In this document: piece by piece, positions 16,085 through 24,734 of the stretch
Layout: every line of letters begins with the position of its first letter
Position numbering within the stretch: the stretch's first letter is position 1
IMG/VR virus record: IMGVR_UViG_3300027872_000008
Span: 1 to 53,441 of that record
Direction: 5' to 3' (one strand)
Origin: a virus
Taxonomy: Duplodnaviria; Caudoviricetes
DNA: 53,441 nucleotides
The notes under the pieces: generated by a model
Told to the model about the DNA's origin: nothing
What the model saw: the letters and a program-made list of their open reading frames with translations, nothing else
Database searches by the model: none
Program-made: the position numbers and the translations under genes

Positions 16085-16974
16085 AAGGCATGATGCTTCA
16101 CTGTGGAGCGGCACTCGCGACACGCGAGGAAGTCTTCGCCGCCGCCACACCCGACGAGACCGAGACCCACTTCCCGGTCCCCCACGGCGCTCTGATCGAA
16201 GTGATCGAACGCCACGTCCAGGCCTCTGGCTTCCACATCGCCAGCGAGGAGTACGGGCTCTGGAAGGACAGCAACCGGATGTTCGGAGTCTGGGGCCTGC
16301 AGAACGGCTCCCAGGTCGAGCACGAGGACTTCCAGCTAGTGATGGGGGTCCGCAACTCTCACGACAAAGCGTTCAGCGCCGGGATGGCGGTGGGCAGCCG
16401 AGTCTTCGTCTGCGACAACTTGGCCTTCAGCGCCGAGATCGTGATCGCACGGAAGCACACCCGCTTCATCATGCGGGACCTCGACAAGATGGTGGCCGAG
16501 GCCAGCGGCAAGATCGCCGCAGCCCGAGTCAGCCAGGCGCAGCGGATCGCAGCCTACAAGGCGACCGACCTCGAAGACGCCCAGGCCCACGACCTGATCA
16601 TCAGGAGCGTTGACTCCCAGGTCATGGCCAACAGCTACATCGCGAAGGTCCTCCACCAGTGGAGAGACAGCGAGCACGAGGAGTTCGCACCGCGCACCGC
16701 CTGGAGCCTCTTCAACGCCTACACCGAGGTCTTCAAGCAGACCAACCCGCTGGACCTCACGCAGCGGAGCGTCCGACTCCACGGCCTGCTCGACATGGCC
16801 ACGGACGCCTTCGGGGTGGACGCCGCGACTCCTGAGTTCGGAGACGTGACCTTCGGACAGGGACTGCGAGCCCTGGCCGGGATCGAAGAGCTGGAGGCGG
16901 TCGAGGTCGAGGCCGCGCCGGAGCCGGAGCCCCAGGCCCGGCTGCTCAACCCGAGGGTCGGGTTCAACTTCTAA
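16081..16974 (+). CDS. DUF932-family protein
   Basis: MLHCGA...PVPH...RNSHDK...G.RVFVCDN...RKHT...TAWSLFNAYT. Confidence 0.8.
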   Translation: MKGMMLHCGAALATREEVFAAATPDETETHFPVPHGALIEVIERHVQASGFHIASEEYGLWKDSNRMFGVWGLQNGSQVEHEDFQLVMGVRNSHDKAFSAGMAVGSRVFVCDNLAFSAEIVIARKHTRFIMRDLDKMVAEASGKIAAARVSQAQRIAAYKATDLEDAQAHDLIIRSVDSQVMANSYIAKVLHQWRDSEHEEFAPRTAWSLFNAYTEVFKQTNPLDLTQRSVRLHGLLDMATDAFGVDAATPEFGDVTFGQGLRALAGIEELEAVEVEAAPEPEPQARLLNPRVGFNF

Positions 16975-16983
16975 CACGGTACG

Positions 16984-17012
16984 CCTGGCCGGGGTTCGAC
17001 TCCCCGGCTGGG
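16984..17012 (+). ncRNA. T-loop hairpin element 4
   Basis: CCTGGCCGGGG TTCGACT CCCCGGCTGGG. Confidence 0.5.
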
Positions 17013-17042
17013 CCATGCAGGACCCCTCGAAAGGAGACCAAG

Positions 17043-17222
17043 ATGAGCAAGGCCCAACGCAAGGCCGCCGGAGACCTGATCGGCGCAGCGCAGCAGATGC
17101 TCCAGGCCGTCGTGGATCCCAGCGGGACGGGCACCAGGCCCCCGCTGGGGTGGGACGTGACCAAGCTACGGCAGGCCACGGCGATGGCAGCGAGCGTGTT
17201 CCCCGAACCGGAGGAGGCCTGA
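17043..17222 (+). CDS. Hypothetical protein (59 aa)
   Basis: CTCGAAAGGAG RBS; MSKAQRKAAGDL... Confidence 0.6.
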   Translation: MSKAQRKAAGDLIGAAQQMLQAVVDPSGTGTRPPLGWDVTKLRQATAMAASVFPEPEEA

Positions 17223-17238
17223 GACGGCCCTCTACGAC

Positions 17239-17496
17239 ATGACTCGGGCCCAGCTCGAAGCGGCCCTGGAGGACATCACCTCGGACGGCCCGTTCGGATC
17301 GGCCCTGGCCGAGGAGATCCAGCAGGCCCTGAGGTACGTCTGCTCGAAGTGTGGCAAGCCTGGAGCGGAGCAGGTGACCGACCGCTACGGGATCTACTTC
17401 GGGACGCTCTGCGAGCCCTGTGAGAAGGCCAGCGGGATCCGGGCCTGGGAGTTCGACGCCACCTACGCGGGCGAGAGCCTGGAGGAGGACTACTAG
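17239..17496 (+). CDS. Small zinc-finger-like protein
   Basis: CSKC...CEPC. Confidence 0.65.
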   Translation: MTRAQLEAALEDITSDGPFGSALAEEIQQALRYVCSKCGKPGAEQVTDRYGIYFGTLCEPCEKASGIRAWEFDATYAGESLEEDY

Positions 17497-17497
17497 C

Positions 17498-17731
17498 ATG
17501 GACAACATCGGAACCCCCTCGAAGGACCACCTGCTCCGCACTGGGCAGGTGGTGAAGGTCCACGACGGGCTGGAGTGTGGTGGCATCACCGAGACCACCA
17601 TCACCTCGGTCGAGGTCTGGCAGTGTGGCCGACCGACCAACCAGTGGCGGCTCTACCGCGATCAGCATGGCGTGGACCGGGTGATCCCGGAGCCGAACCC
17701 CACCATCAAGGAGTGGCCCCAGGATGACTGA
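17498..17731 (+). CDS. Hypothetical protein
   Basis: GGAGG upstream; operon packing. Confidence 0.55.
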   Translation: MDNIGTPSKDHLLRTGQVVKVHDGLECGGITETTITSVEVWQCGRPTNQWRLYRDQHGVDRVIPEPNPTIKEWPQDD

Positions 17732-18017
17732 CATACAGCGAGCCGGATACATCACCGGGATCGTGCGCCTGGAGAAGACGCGCCACCCGGATCTCGACCC
17801 GGTCACCTTCGCCACCATCGACGGCGACCGATACCACCAGGTGGAGAACGACGCAGCCCTGGGTGACGCGCTGGAGCTGTGGGAGGAGGACTCGAAGTGG
17901 AAGCCGATGGCCGCAGCTCTGCGCTGGGTGCTCCAGCAAGCGGCCGGGTACATGACCGGCGACATGGAGGGCGTGACCCGAGAGGGCGCAGCTCTCCCAG
18001 CGAGGGAGGTCAAATGA
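17724..18017 (+). CDS. Hypothetical protein
   Basis: Overlapping start; operon packing. Confidence 0.6.
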   Translation: MTDIQRAGYITGIVRLEKTRHPDLDPVTFATIDGDRYHQVENDAALGDALELWEEDSKWKPMAAALRWVLQQAAGYMTGDMEGVTREGAALPAREVK

Positions 18018-18397
18018 GCGACTTCAAATACACACCGGATCCCGGCCTGACGATCCGAACCTCACGGGCCTTCCTGAAGGATCCGGCCCGCCCAGGCATC
18101 ACGCCCTACGGCGCTGGAGGTGACGTCGAGATCATAGCCGGGGCCTTCGCGGGTCAGAAGGGCCACATCCACGAGGTCGATGGCATGACCGCCGTCGTCC
18201 GCACGGGCGACAGGGACGAGTGGGCGAGACGGGACGCCATCATCCGGGTGGGCGAGGAGTCGCGAGCGAAGGAGGCCGCGTTCCACGAGGAGCACGGGAT
18301 GAGCAGCGCCGAATACTTCCACGAGTCGGGGCACTCGGACGCGGAGCACGAGCGCGACCGGGAGGCCGAGGAAGAGGAGGCCGAGGACGATGAGTAA
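18014..18397 (+). CDS. Hypothetical protein with KOW-like motif
   Basis: GGDVEIIAGAFAGQKGHI. Confidence 0.6.
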   Translation: MSDFKYTPDPGLTIRTSRAFLKDPARPGITPYGAGGDVEIIAGAFAGQKGHIHEVDGMTAVVRTGDRDEWARRDAIIRVGEESRAKEAAFHEEHGMSSAEYFHESGHSDAEHERDREAEEEEAEDDE

Positions 18398-18704
18398 GGC
18401 CCCCTGGTACTGGGCCGACTCACACTACGACCACTGGGCCGTGGGCCTGGTGGCCTGCACGGCCGAGGACGGGCGCATCCACTACGCCCTGCCCGGTGAG
18501 CCGGTGACCACGGCCTGCAACCGACAGAAGGACGTGGAGCTGATCGACGGCCCCAGGATCGTGGAGTGCCTCATCTGCGCTGCCAGGGCTAGGGAGAACC
18601 GGGACGTGATCGACCAGCGCCACGTCCAGAAGGTCATCAAGGGCCACGACCGGACGAACTTCATCCGGCGCGAGCAACAGAGGAAAATCAATGCGGGATC
18701 CTGA
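18390..18704 (+). CDS. Hypothetical Cys/His protein
   Basis: H...TAC...CLIC. Confidence 0.6.
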   Translation: MSKAPWYWADSHYDHWAVGLVACTAEDGRIHYALPGEPVTTACNRQKDVELIDGPRIVECLICAARARENRDVIDQRHVQKVIKGHDRTNFIRREQQRKINAGS

Positions 18705-18918
18705 CGCCGTCATCTGGCCGATCACCAACACCCTGGTCCACACCAGGGGCTCGAAGACGGAGGTGAGGACCTACCGCCTCGGGGGAGAGTCCTGCGTCCT
18801 GGTGCTGCGCTTCGGCGGGGCCTCGGACGTCAGCATCCACGTCCTCCACAGGGACGAGATCGACAGCATCCACCGGCAGCTAGGGTTCGCGCTCGACGCG
18901 CTGGAGGATCCGCGATGA
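18691..18918 (+). CDS. Hypothetical protein
   Basis: Operon packing. Confidence 0.5.
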   Translation: MRDPDAVIWPITNTLVHTRGSKTEVRTYRLGGESCVLVLRFGGASDVSIHVLHRDEIDSIHRQLGFALDALEDPR

Positions 18919-19289
18919 AGTACGGACTGAAGAAGCCGTGCGGGACGTGCCCGTTCGTGATCGCCCACAAGTTCCCGCTCCGGCCTGATCGGATCGAAGA
19001 GATCCGGGACTGCCGGGCCGAGTTCTCCTGCCACAACACGGTGGACTACGACGGCGAGGACGAGGTCTACGACGAGGAGGGGGTGGGCAACCCCTACCGC
19101 AGCACCGAGGGCGAGCACCACTGCCTGGGCCACCTGATCGTCTGCTGGGCAGACTGGGGTGGGTTCGACCAGATCCAGGCGATGTCGGCTCGCGCTGGGA
19201 TGTTCAAGCCGGAGGAGCTGCCGACACCAGAAGCGGCCGGGGTCTTCGAGACCTGGGCCGACATGATCGACGCTAACGAGGAGAGCTAG
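18915..19289 (+). CDS. Cys-rich metal-binding phage protein
   Basis: KKPCGTCPF...FSCHNT...HCLG. Confidence 0.7.
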   Translation: MKYGLKKPCGTCPFVIAHKFPLRPDRIEEIRDCRAEFSCHNTVDYDGEDEVYDEEGVGNPYRSTEGEHHCLGHLIVCWADWGGFDQIQAMSARAGMFKPEELPTPEAAGVFETWADMIDANEES

Positions 19290-19290
19290 A

Positions 19291-19524
19291 ATGGCTAACA
19301 CGAAAGACGGTGCCAGATTCATTCACGAGGAGAGCGGGATGCGCGAGTTCGTCAGGAAGGGGCTCGTGGACCAGCAGGGCCTGGATGCCGACCTGGTGGA
19401 GACGGCGATGGACCGCTGGAACGACGACGCGGATCCGGTGGGCCCCTTCGAGCACGGGGTCTTCGCCGTGATCACGAGCATCTTCGAGAAGATGGAGGAG
19501 CAGCAGGCCAATGACGACGACTGA
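19291..19524 (+). CDS. Hypothetical protein
   Basis: GGAG RBS. Confidence 0.6.
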   Translation: MANTKDGARFIHEESGMREFVRKGLVDQQGLDADLVETAMDRWNDDADPVGPFEHGVFAVITSIFEKMEEQQANDDD

Positions 19525-19843
19525 GAGAACACGTCCGCACAAGGACATGACCGCCGAGGACCTGGCCGCCTGGAGGACGCAGCAGGCCGGGGACTACGCC
19601 TACGCGAGGAACCAGCGCCGACCCGGATGGACGCAGCGCCGGGCCTCGCACTGGTACGGTGTGAGCGAGCGCCAGTGGCAGCGATATGAGAACGGCGACA
19701 GCCCGATCCCGCTGTCCTTGGTGAAGAGGATGGTCGCCTACGAGACGAGCTTCGATCAGACCGTGGACCGGCTCTTCGACACCACTCCATCGCAGCTCGA
19801 AGAGAACGATGGGATCTTCCCCGAGATGAAGGGCCAGGACTGA
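19511..19843 (+). CDS. XRE/Cro-family HTH regulator
   Basis: GWTQRRASHWYGVSERQWQRYENGDSPIP. Confidence 0.85.
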   Translation: MTTTERTRPHKDMTAEDLAAWRTQQAGDYAYARNQRRPGWTQRRASHWYGVSERQWQRYENGDSPIPLSLVKRMVAYETSFDQTVDRLFDTTPSQLEENDGIFPEMKGQD

Positions 19844-19864
19844 CGCGACATCCTGGCCCCGTAG

Positions 19865-19893
19865 TTGCCGGAAAAAGTTTTCGGACATATTGT
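19865..19893 (+). promoter_or_regulatory. Sigma70-like promoter P4 (replication/recombination operon)
   Basis: TTGCCG-17 nt-TATTGT; imperfect palindrome CCGGAAAAAGTTTTCGG. Confidence 0.6.
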
Positions 19894-19918
19894 GGGGAAT
19901 CGAAAGGGAGCGAAAGGG

Positions 19919-20128
19919 ATGAAGTACAGGATCCACCTGGGCCGCCACGTCGGCCGAGGCAAGACGATCATCGACGCTATCGGTGACCTCATGCGTGAGG
20001 TCCAGAAGCACGGCAGCCAGGACGAGACCGAGTCGATGGCCCGCTCCATGATGGGTGTCATCGAACTGGGCACCCGCCTGGACGAGGCCTGGGACGTGAG
20101 CACCGGGCTACCCGAGGAGAGGAACTGA
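19919..20128 (+). CDS. Hypothetical protein
   Basis: First ORF after P4. Confidence 0.55.
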   Translation: MKYRIHLGRHVGRGKTIIDAIGDLMREVQKHGSQDETESMARSMMGVIELGTRLDEAWDVSTGLPEERN

Positions 20129-20346
20129 TGAACAAGCCACTCACGAGGACCTTCACAGAGCGGCAGATCCTGGAGGTCCTGAGGGCCCCCGAACCACAGA
20201 CGATCCGAGACTTCGCGGCCGTGGGCCTGGTCCGCAGCTCGACCCTGAAGCAGGCCCTGATGACCCTGGAGCAGGACGGGCTGATCACCTCCCGCCTGCC
20301 CATGGCGACGAGCCCGCTCCGCACCTACGAGCTGGCCATCAGATGA
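20128..20346 (+). CDS. Small winged-HTH protein
   Basis: TERQILEVL...TLKQALMTLEQDGLI...RTYEL. Confidence 0.7.
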   Translation: MNKPLTRTFTERQILEVLRAPEPQTIRDFAAVGLVRSSTLKQALMTLEQDGLITSRLPMATSPLRTYELAIR

Positions 20347-20351
20347 CAACC

Positions 20352-20464
20352 GAGAGTGCCCAGGGGGGCCAACGTGCCGGGGTTCTTGCGATTCACCGGA
20401 CGTTGGAACTTGGGAGGCGCGGACACCCAAAGCGATCCGCTCCGGGTTCAAGTCCCGGCCTCTC
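20352..20464 (+). ncRNA. tRNA-like structured RNA candidate (element 5)
   Basis: GAGAG/CTCTC closing stem, long hairpin (CCAACGT/ACGTTGG, CCGG/CCGG), GCGGA/TCCGC stem, T-arm CCGGG TTCAAGT CCCGG. Confidence 0.55.
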
Positions 20465-20479
20465 TATAGGAGCAGAACG

Positions 20480-20716
20480 ATGAGATGGATCACGACCAGC
20501 GAGGCCGCCGAGTGTACCGGCTTCACCCGTCAGTGGGTGGAGAAGCGGATCGCGGACGGCACCTTCAAGGCCGAGAAGAAAGGCACCCGAGTCCACGTCG
20601 ATGGGAACTCGGTGCAGGACTGGATGGTGGCCGAGATGGACCGGATCCAGGACCGCTGGAAATTCTACTATCACCACCTTCCCAACGGATACCATGGCAA
20701 ACCGAAAACAGACTAA
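20480..20716 (+). CDS. Excisionase-like HTH DNA-binding protein
   Basis: WITTSEAAECTGFTRQWVEKRIADGTFKAEKKG...V. Confidence 0.8.
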   Translation: MRWITTSEAAECTGFTRQWVEKRIADGTFKAEKKGTRVHVDGNSVQDWMVAEMDRIQDRWKFYYHHLPNGYHGKPKTD

Positions 20717-21773
20717 GAAGCGCACCCCCGAGGAGATCCGAGCCGAGTTCCTGGCCCGACGACGCAGTGGCCTGGGGGGCTCCGACGTGGGCGCGATCAT
20801 GGGGGTCGATCAGTACAAGGACGGGCTCGACATCTACCTCGACAAGGTGGACCCAGGCCCTGACTTCGACAACCCGGCGATGGAGCGCGGCCGATACCTG
20901 GAGCCCGTCGTCTCGAAGCTCTACGAGGTGACGTCTGGCCGCCGCCTGCAGGTGGGCAAGTTCCGACGCGACCAGAAGAACAAGTTCCTGATCGGGAGCC
21001 CCGACCGCATCATTAAGCCGACCGGCCGGAAGCCCTACGCGGCCGACGTCAGCAGCCCTGGGGTGCTGGAGATCAAGACGGCCAACCGCTTCGTCCTGAA
21101 GAAGATGAAGGAGCAGGGGCTGCCGAAGAACTACATCCTCCAGCTCCAGCATTACATGGGACTGAGTGGCACCACCTGGGGGGCCTTCGCGGTCCTCTGC
21201 CCTGACCCCTGGGAGTTCCTCACGTTCACCGTCGAGTTCGACCGGGAGCTGTACGACCGGGTGCGCGAGGTGCTCGAAGCCTTCTGGCGGGACCACGTCG
21301 AGGCCGAGGTGCCGCCGATCCCCAAGCCCATCGACTACGGGGACTCGAAGGAGGTCACGGCCGACACGGCCGTCACGATCTTCGACCCCGGCAGTAACGG
21401 CCTGGTCCAGTGGGAGAAGAGCGTGGACCTCTTCCGGGAGGCCAACGCGATGCTGGCTCTGGGCAAGGAGGCGAAGGAGTTCGCGAGGACCCAGATGATA
21501 GAGCAGATGGAGCTGGGCCACGGGATCTACGAGGGAGGTGGGGCCAGGGTCCACTACCAGGCCCAGGGTGGCCGGAAGACCTTCATGCAGCGGGAGCTGC
21601 GAGCGATGCAGCCGCTGGATCCCATCGCCATGGCCTCGCTCCTGGAGCAGGCCGGGCTGGACCTCGACACCATAGAGACACTGTTCGAGAACGCACGACT
21701 CAACCTGGACGACTTCCAGAAGATCGGGCAGCCGTTCGAGACCGTCAGAATGTACGACTCAAGGGAGGAGTAG
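20694..21773 (+). CDS. YqaJ-like viral recombination exonuclease
   Basis: RRSGLGGSDVGAIMG, GRYLE, GSPDR, LEIKT, YILQLQHYM. Confidence 0.92.
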   Translation: MANRKQTKKRTPEEIRAEFLARRRSGLGGSDVGAIMGVDQYKDGLDIYLDKVDPGPDFDNPAMERGRYLEPVVSKLYEVTSGRRLQVGKFRRDQKNKFLIGSPDRIIKPTGRKPYAADVSSPGVLEIKTANRFVLKKMKEQGLPKNYILQLQHYMGLSGTTWGAFAVLCPDPWEFLTFTVEFDRELYDRVREVLEAFWRDHVEAEVPPIPKPIDYGDSKEVTADTAVTIFDPGSNGLVQWEKSVDLFREANAMLALGKEAKEFARTQMIEQMELGHGIYEGGGARVHYQAQGGRKTFMQRELRAMQPLDPIAMASLLEQAGLDLDTIETLFENARLNLDDFQKIGQPFETVRMYDSREE

Positions 21774-21775
21774 AG

Positions 21776-22597
21776 ATGGCTGAGAAGCAGACCAAGACCC
21801 TGGTCCAGGTGATCGACACCCAGGCCCACAAGATCCGGGAGATCCTACCCGAGGGACAGAACAGCGACAAGGACGCGGCCCGAGTGATCCGGCTCGCCCG
21901 GCTCGCCATCGTCCGCAACCCGAAGCTCATGGACTGCACCCCGATCAGCGTGGTCGAGTCGATCATGGTGGCCAGCCAGCTAGGGCTGGAGATCAACAGC
22001 CCCATCGGTGGCGCACACCTCGTGCCGTTCGGGAAGAAGTGCCAGATGATCCCCGACTACCGGGGCCTGATCCGGCTGGCCCTGAAGAACGGGGACTGCG
22101 GGAAACTCGTTGCTCGCGAGGTCTACGAGGGCGATATGTTCCACGTCATCCAGGGCACCACCGAGATGATCGAACACGTCCCGCTCCTCGGTGACGAGCC
22201 CCGAGGCGACGACAACATCAGCGGCTTCTACGCCGTGGCCACTCTGAGCAACGGGCTCACCGTCCACGAGTACGCTCCCCGAGGAGACGTGGACAAGATC
22301 CGGGCTCGCTCGAAGGCGGGCAGCTCCGGCCCCTGGAAGACGGACTACGCAGCCATGGGCAAGAAGACCATGATCAAGCGAGTCCTGAAGTGGCTGGACC
22401 TCTCCCCTGACCTCGCCATGGCCATTGAGTACGACAACCGGGGGGAGACAGGCTACTCCACCTCCACGAGCGACAGGGACACCGAGGAGACCGTTGAGGA
22501 GGACATGGCAGAGCAGGCCCGGCAGGCCCAGAAGGATCTGTCCGAGAACCTGGAGCAGGCCCGGCGTGAGGAGCTGATCGGGGAGGCGCAAGAGTGA
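21776..22597 (+). CDS. recT: RecT-family single-strand annealing protein
   Basis: NPKLMDCTPISV...LGLE...LVPF...DYRGLI...PWKTDYAAMGKKT. Confidence 0.92.
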   Translation: MAEKQTKTLVQVIDTQAHKIREILPEGQNSDKDAARVIRLARLAIVRNPKLMDCTPISVVESIMVASQLGLEINSPIGGAHLVPFGKKCQMIPDYRGLIRLALKNGDCGKLVAREVYEGDMFHVIQGTTEMIEHVPLLGDEPRGDDNISGFYAVATLSNGLTVHEYAPRGDVDKIRARSKAGSSGPWKTDYAAMGKKTMIKRVLKWLDLSPDLAMAIEYDNRGETGYSTSTSDRDTEETVEEDMAEQARQAQKDLSENLEQARREELIGEAQE

Positions 22598-22682
22598 AGA
22601 ACGTCGTCCTCGGCTTCCTGCTCGCGCTAGTGGCCCTGGCCATCCTGGCCTGGGTGGTGGCCACCCTGTTCCAGCCCCGGAT

Positions 22683-23375
22683 GTGACGGATCTGTCACGC
22701 CGCACCTTCGAGACGTGGCCAGCGTGGACGGAGGACAGAACCTTCACGCCGGGCGAGGCCTGGCTGGACCTGGTGCGCCTGGGTGACGTCGGTGGTGTGC
22801 TGCCCGTCATCTCCTACACGGAGCGGTGGGGCTGGCAGAACGCAGAGGTGGCCGACTTCTTCACGACCCTGGAGAGACGCGGCCACCTCCGACCCTACGA
22901 CAAGACGACCTGGGCGCTCACCTACCAGGTCCAGGATCCAGGGCTCACGGAGGACTTCGAGCTGGTCTGGAAGATCTACCCGAAGCGGGTGGCCAAGCAG
23001 AAGGGATACCACGCCTACGCAGCCACGAGGAAGGGCCGGAACGGCGACCCGCCGGTCAAGGCCCGCCTCCTCTTCGAGGCCACCGAGCGGTACGCCTTCG
23101 CCCGCCAGGGCGAGGAGGCTGAGTTCACCCTGCACCCGGCCACGTTCTTCGGGCCCGATGAGCGGTGGAAGGAGAAGCACAAACCGAAGACCAACAGCAA
23201 AGCGAAGGGGCAGAAGGGATGGAGCAGACCGACGAGCAGGGACCTGACGAAGACGGCCCCCCAGGCTGGCACGGGAACGAGCCGTGGCCGGAAGAAGAGG
23301 ACGCCGGATCAGGGAGTGAAGCCGAAGAACCCCCGGAAGAAGAAGCCGACCAAGGACCCACTGTCGGATCTGTAA
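22683..23375 (+). CDS. Phage replication initiator-like protein
   Basis: EAWLDL N-terminus; FELVWKIYPKRVAK...HPATFFGPDERW C-terminal domain. Confidence 0.7.
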   Translation: MTDLSRRTFETWPAWTEDRTFTPGEAWLDLVRLGDVGGVLPVISYTERWGWQNAEVADFFTTLERRGHLRPYDKTTWALTYQVQDPGLTEDFELVWKIYPKRVAKQKGYHAYAATRKGRNGDPPVKARLLFEATERYAFARQGEEAEFTLHPATFFGPDERWKEKHKPKTNSKAKGQKGWSRPTSRDLTKTAPQAGTGTSRGRKKRTPDQGVKPKNPRKKKPTKDPLSDL

Positions 23376-24361
23376 TCAGGGTCTCCACGCCCGGCCAGCT
23401 CTCGCCAGAGCAGGAGCTGTCGCTCACCAAGTACCGGGAGGAGCGCCACCTCGCAGAGCAGGACACGCCGCCCTACGTCGATGCCCTCGGGTACGAGCTA
23501 CACGCCCTCAACCAGGCGAAGCTGGACTGGACGTCCGACATGGTGCTCACCACCCCCTACGCAGCCTGGAACAGCGTGTGCGGGGACGAGGGAGGGCTCA
23601 CGGGCCTGGCCAGGGGCTGGCACGTCATGGTGGCCGGGAACACCGGCATGGGGAAGAGCCTGGTGGCAATCAACCTCGCAGCTCACGCGGTGAAGAAGGG
23701 CGAGAAGGTCGGCATCATCAGCCTGGAGATGAGCAAGCCCCAGTTGATGACCCGCTACCTGGCCATCCACACCGGCAAGGCGATCAGGAACCTGGAGTGG
23801 GGCCCACGCTACGACGAGCCCACCGCCCTCGAAGCGAACGAGATGGTAGAGGAGAACCACGAGGAGAACGGTGGGATCCTGATCACGAACGATCGGCGCG
23901 TCTCGAACCTCGAAGACATCCTGGCGTCCATGGCCTACCTCCACGAGTACCGTGGGGTGACCGCCTTCGTGACCGACTACCTCCAGCTCGCCTGGACCGG
24001 CAACGCTGAGAAGATGAGCGACCGGATCACCGAGGTCTCCCACGCCATCCAGGGCACGGCCGCCGACCTCGGGGTGGTGTCTGTCGGGGTGAGCCAGTTC
24101 AACCGGGCAACGTCGGGAGCTTCGGAGAAGCCCAAGGTCCAGGGCATGATGGGCGGCAGCGCCCTGGAGAACGACAGCGACCAGGTGATGCTGCTCGACC
24201 ACACGAGCTACAAGGAGACGGGCCGGTCCCAGGCGATGATCAAGCTCCTGGTCGCGAAGAACCGGCACGGGAGCTGCGGGGAGATCCCGCTGATGTGGGA
24301 CTACACGACGCTGCGAGCCACGCAGACCGACGCCCGCGAGTTCGAGCGGGACGATGACTGA
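23219..24361 (+). CDS. DnaB-like replicative helicase (ATPase domain)
   Basis: GNTGMGKS, SLEMS, DYLQL, SQFNR, LENDSD, KNRHG. Confidence 0.9.
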   Translation: MEQTDEQGPDEDGPPGWHGNEPWPEEEDAGSGSEAEEPPEEEADQGPTVGSVIRVSTPGQLSPEQELSLTKYREERHLAEQDTPPYVDALGYELHALNQAKLDWTSDMVLTTPYAAWNSVCGDEGGLTGLARGWHVMVAGNTGMGKSLVAINLAAHAVKKGEKVGIISLEMSKPQLMTRYLAIHTGKAIRNLEWGPRYDEPTALEANEMVEENHEENGGILITNDRRVSNLEDILASMAYLHEYRGVTAFVTDYLQLAWTGNAEKMSDRITEVSHAIQGTAADLGVVSVGVSQFNRATSGASEKPKVQGMMGGSALENDSDQVMLLDHTSYKETGRSQAMIKLLVAKNRHGSCGEIPLMWDYTTLRATQTDAREFERDDD

Positions 24362-24734
24362 CCGACGCCTGAAGCACGGAGATCAGGTGCCGATGTTCAA
24401 GATCCCCCCGCCCCTGGAGAAGGAAGAGGAGCGCCTGATCATCGACCTATATGAACAGGTGGGGCTCATCGTCATCGTCACCAGCCAGCCCCAGAAGCCG
24501 GTGGGGATGACCAAGGGAATCGCGGACCTTCAGGTACTTGACCCGAAGCGAGAAGCCTTTTGGTGGCACGAAGTAAAGCGCCGTCAGGGGCCCGAGTACA
24601 AGAAGGTGAACAGCAAGCAGACGGCGGATCAACGGTGGTTCCAGTTGGCGGTCGAGAGCACAGGGCAACGCTACATACTAGGGCCTCTCTCAACGGCCCG
24701 CGACGAACTACTCGAAAGGGGGATAATCAGATGA
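24354..24734 (+). CDS. VRR-NUC-like PD-(D/E)xK nuclease
   Basis: GIADL...EVKR...QTADQRWF. Confidence 0.75.
   Translation: MTDRRLKHGDQVPMFKIPPPLEKEEERLIIDLYEQVGLIVIVTSQPQKPVGMTKGIADLQVLDPKREAFWWHEVKRRQGPEYKKVNSKQTADQRWFQLAVESTGQRYILGPLSTARDELLERGIIR

Noticed and set aside
10824-20464. Canonical tRNA genes or an attP derived from a tRNA 3' end
   Set aside because: No D-arm/anticodon cloverleaf or properly placed CCA. The copies differ in sequence, and no integrase is present.
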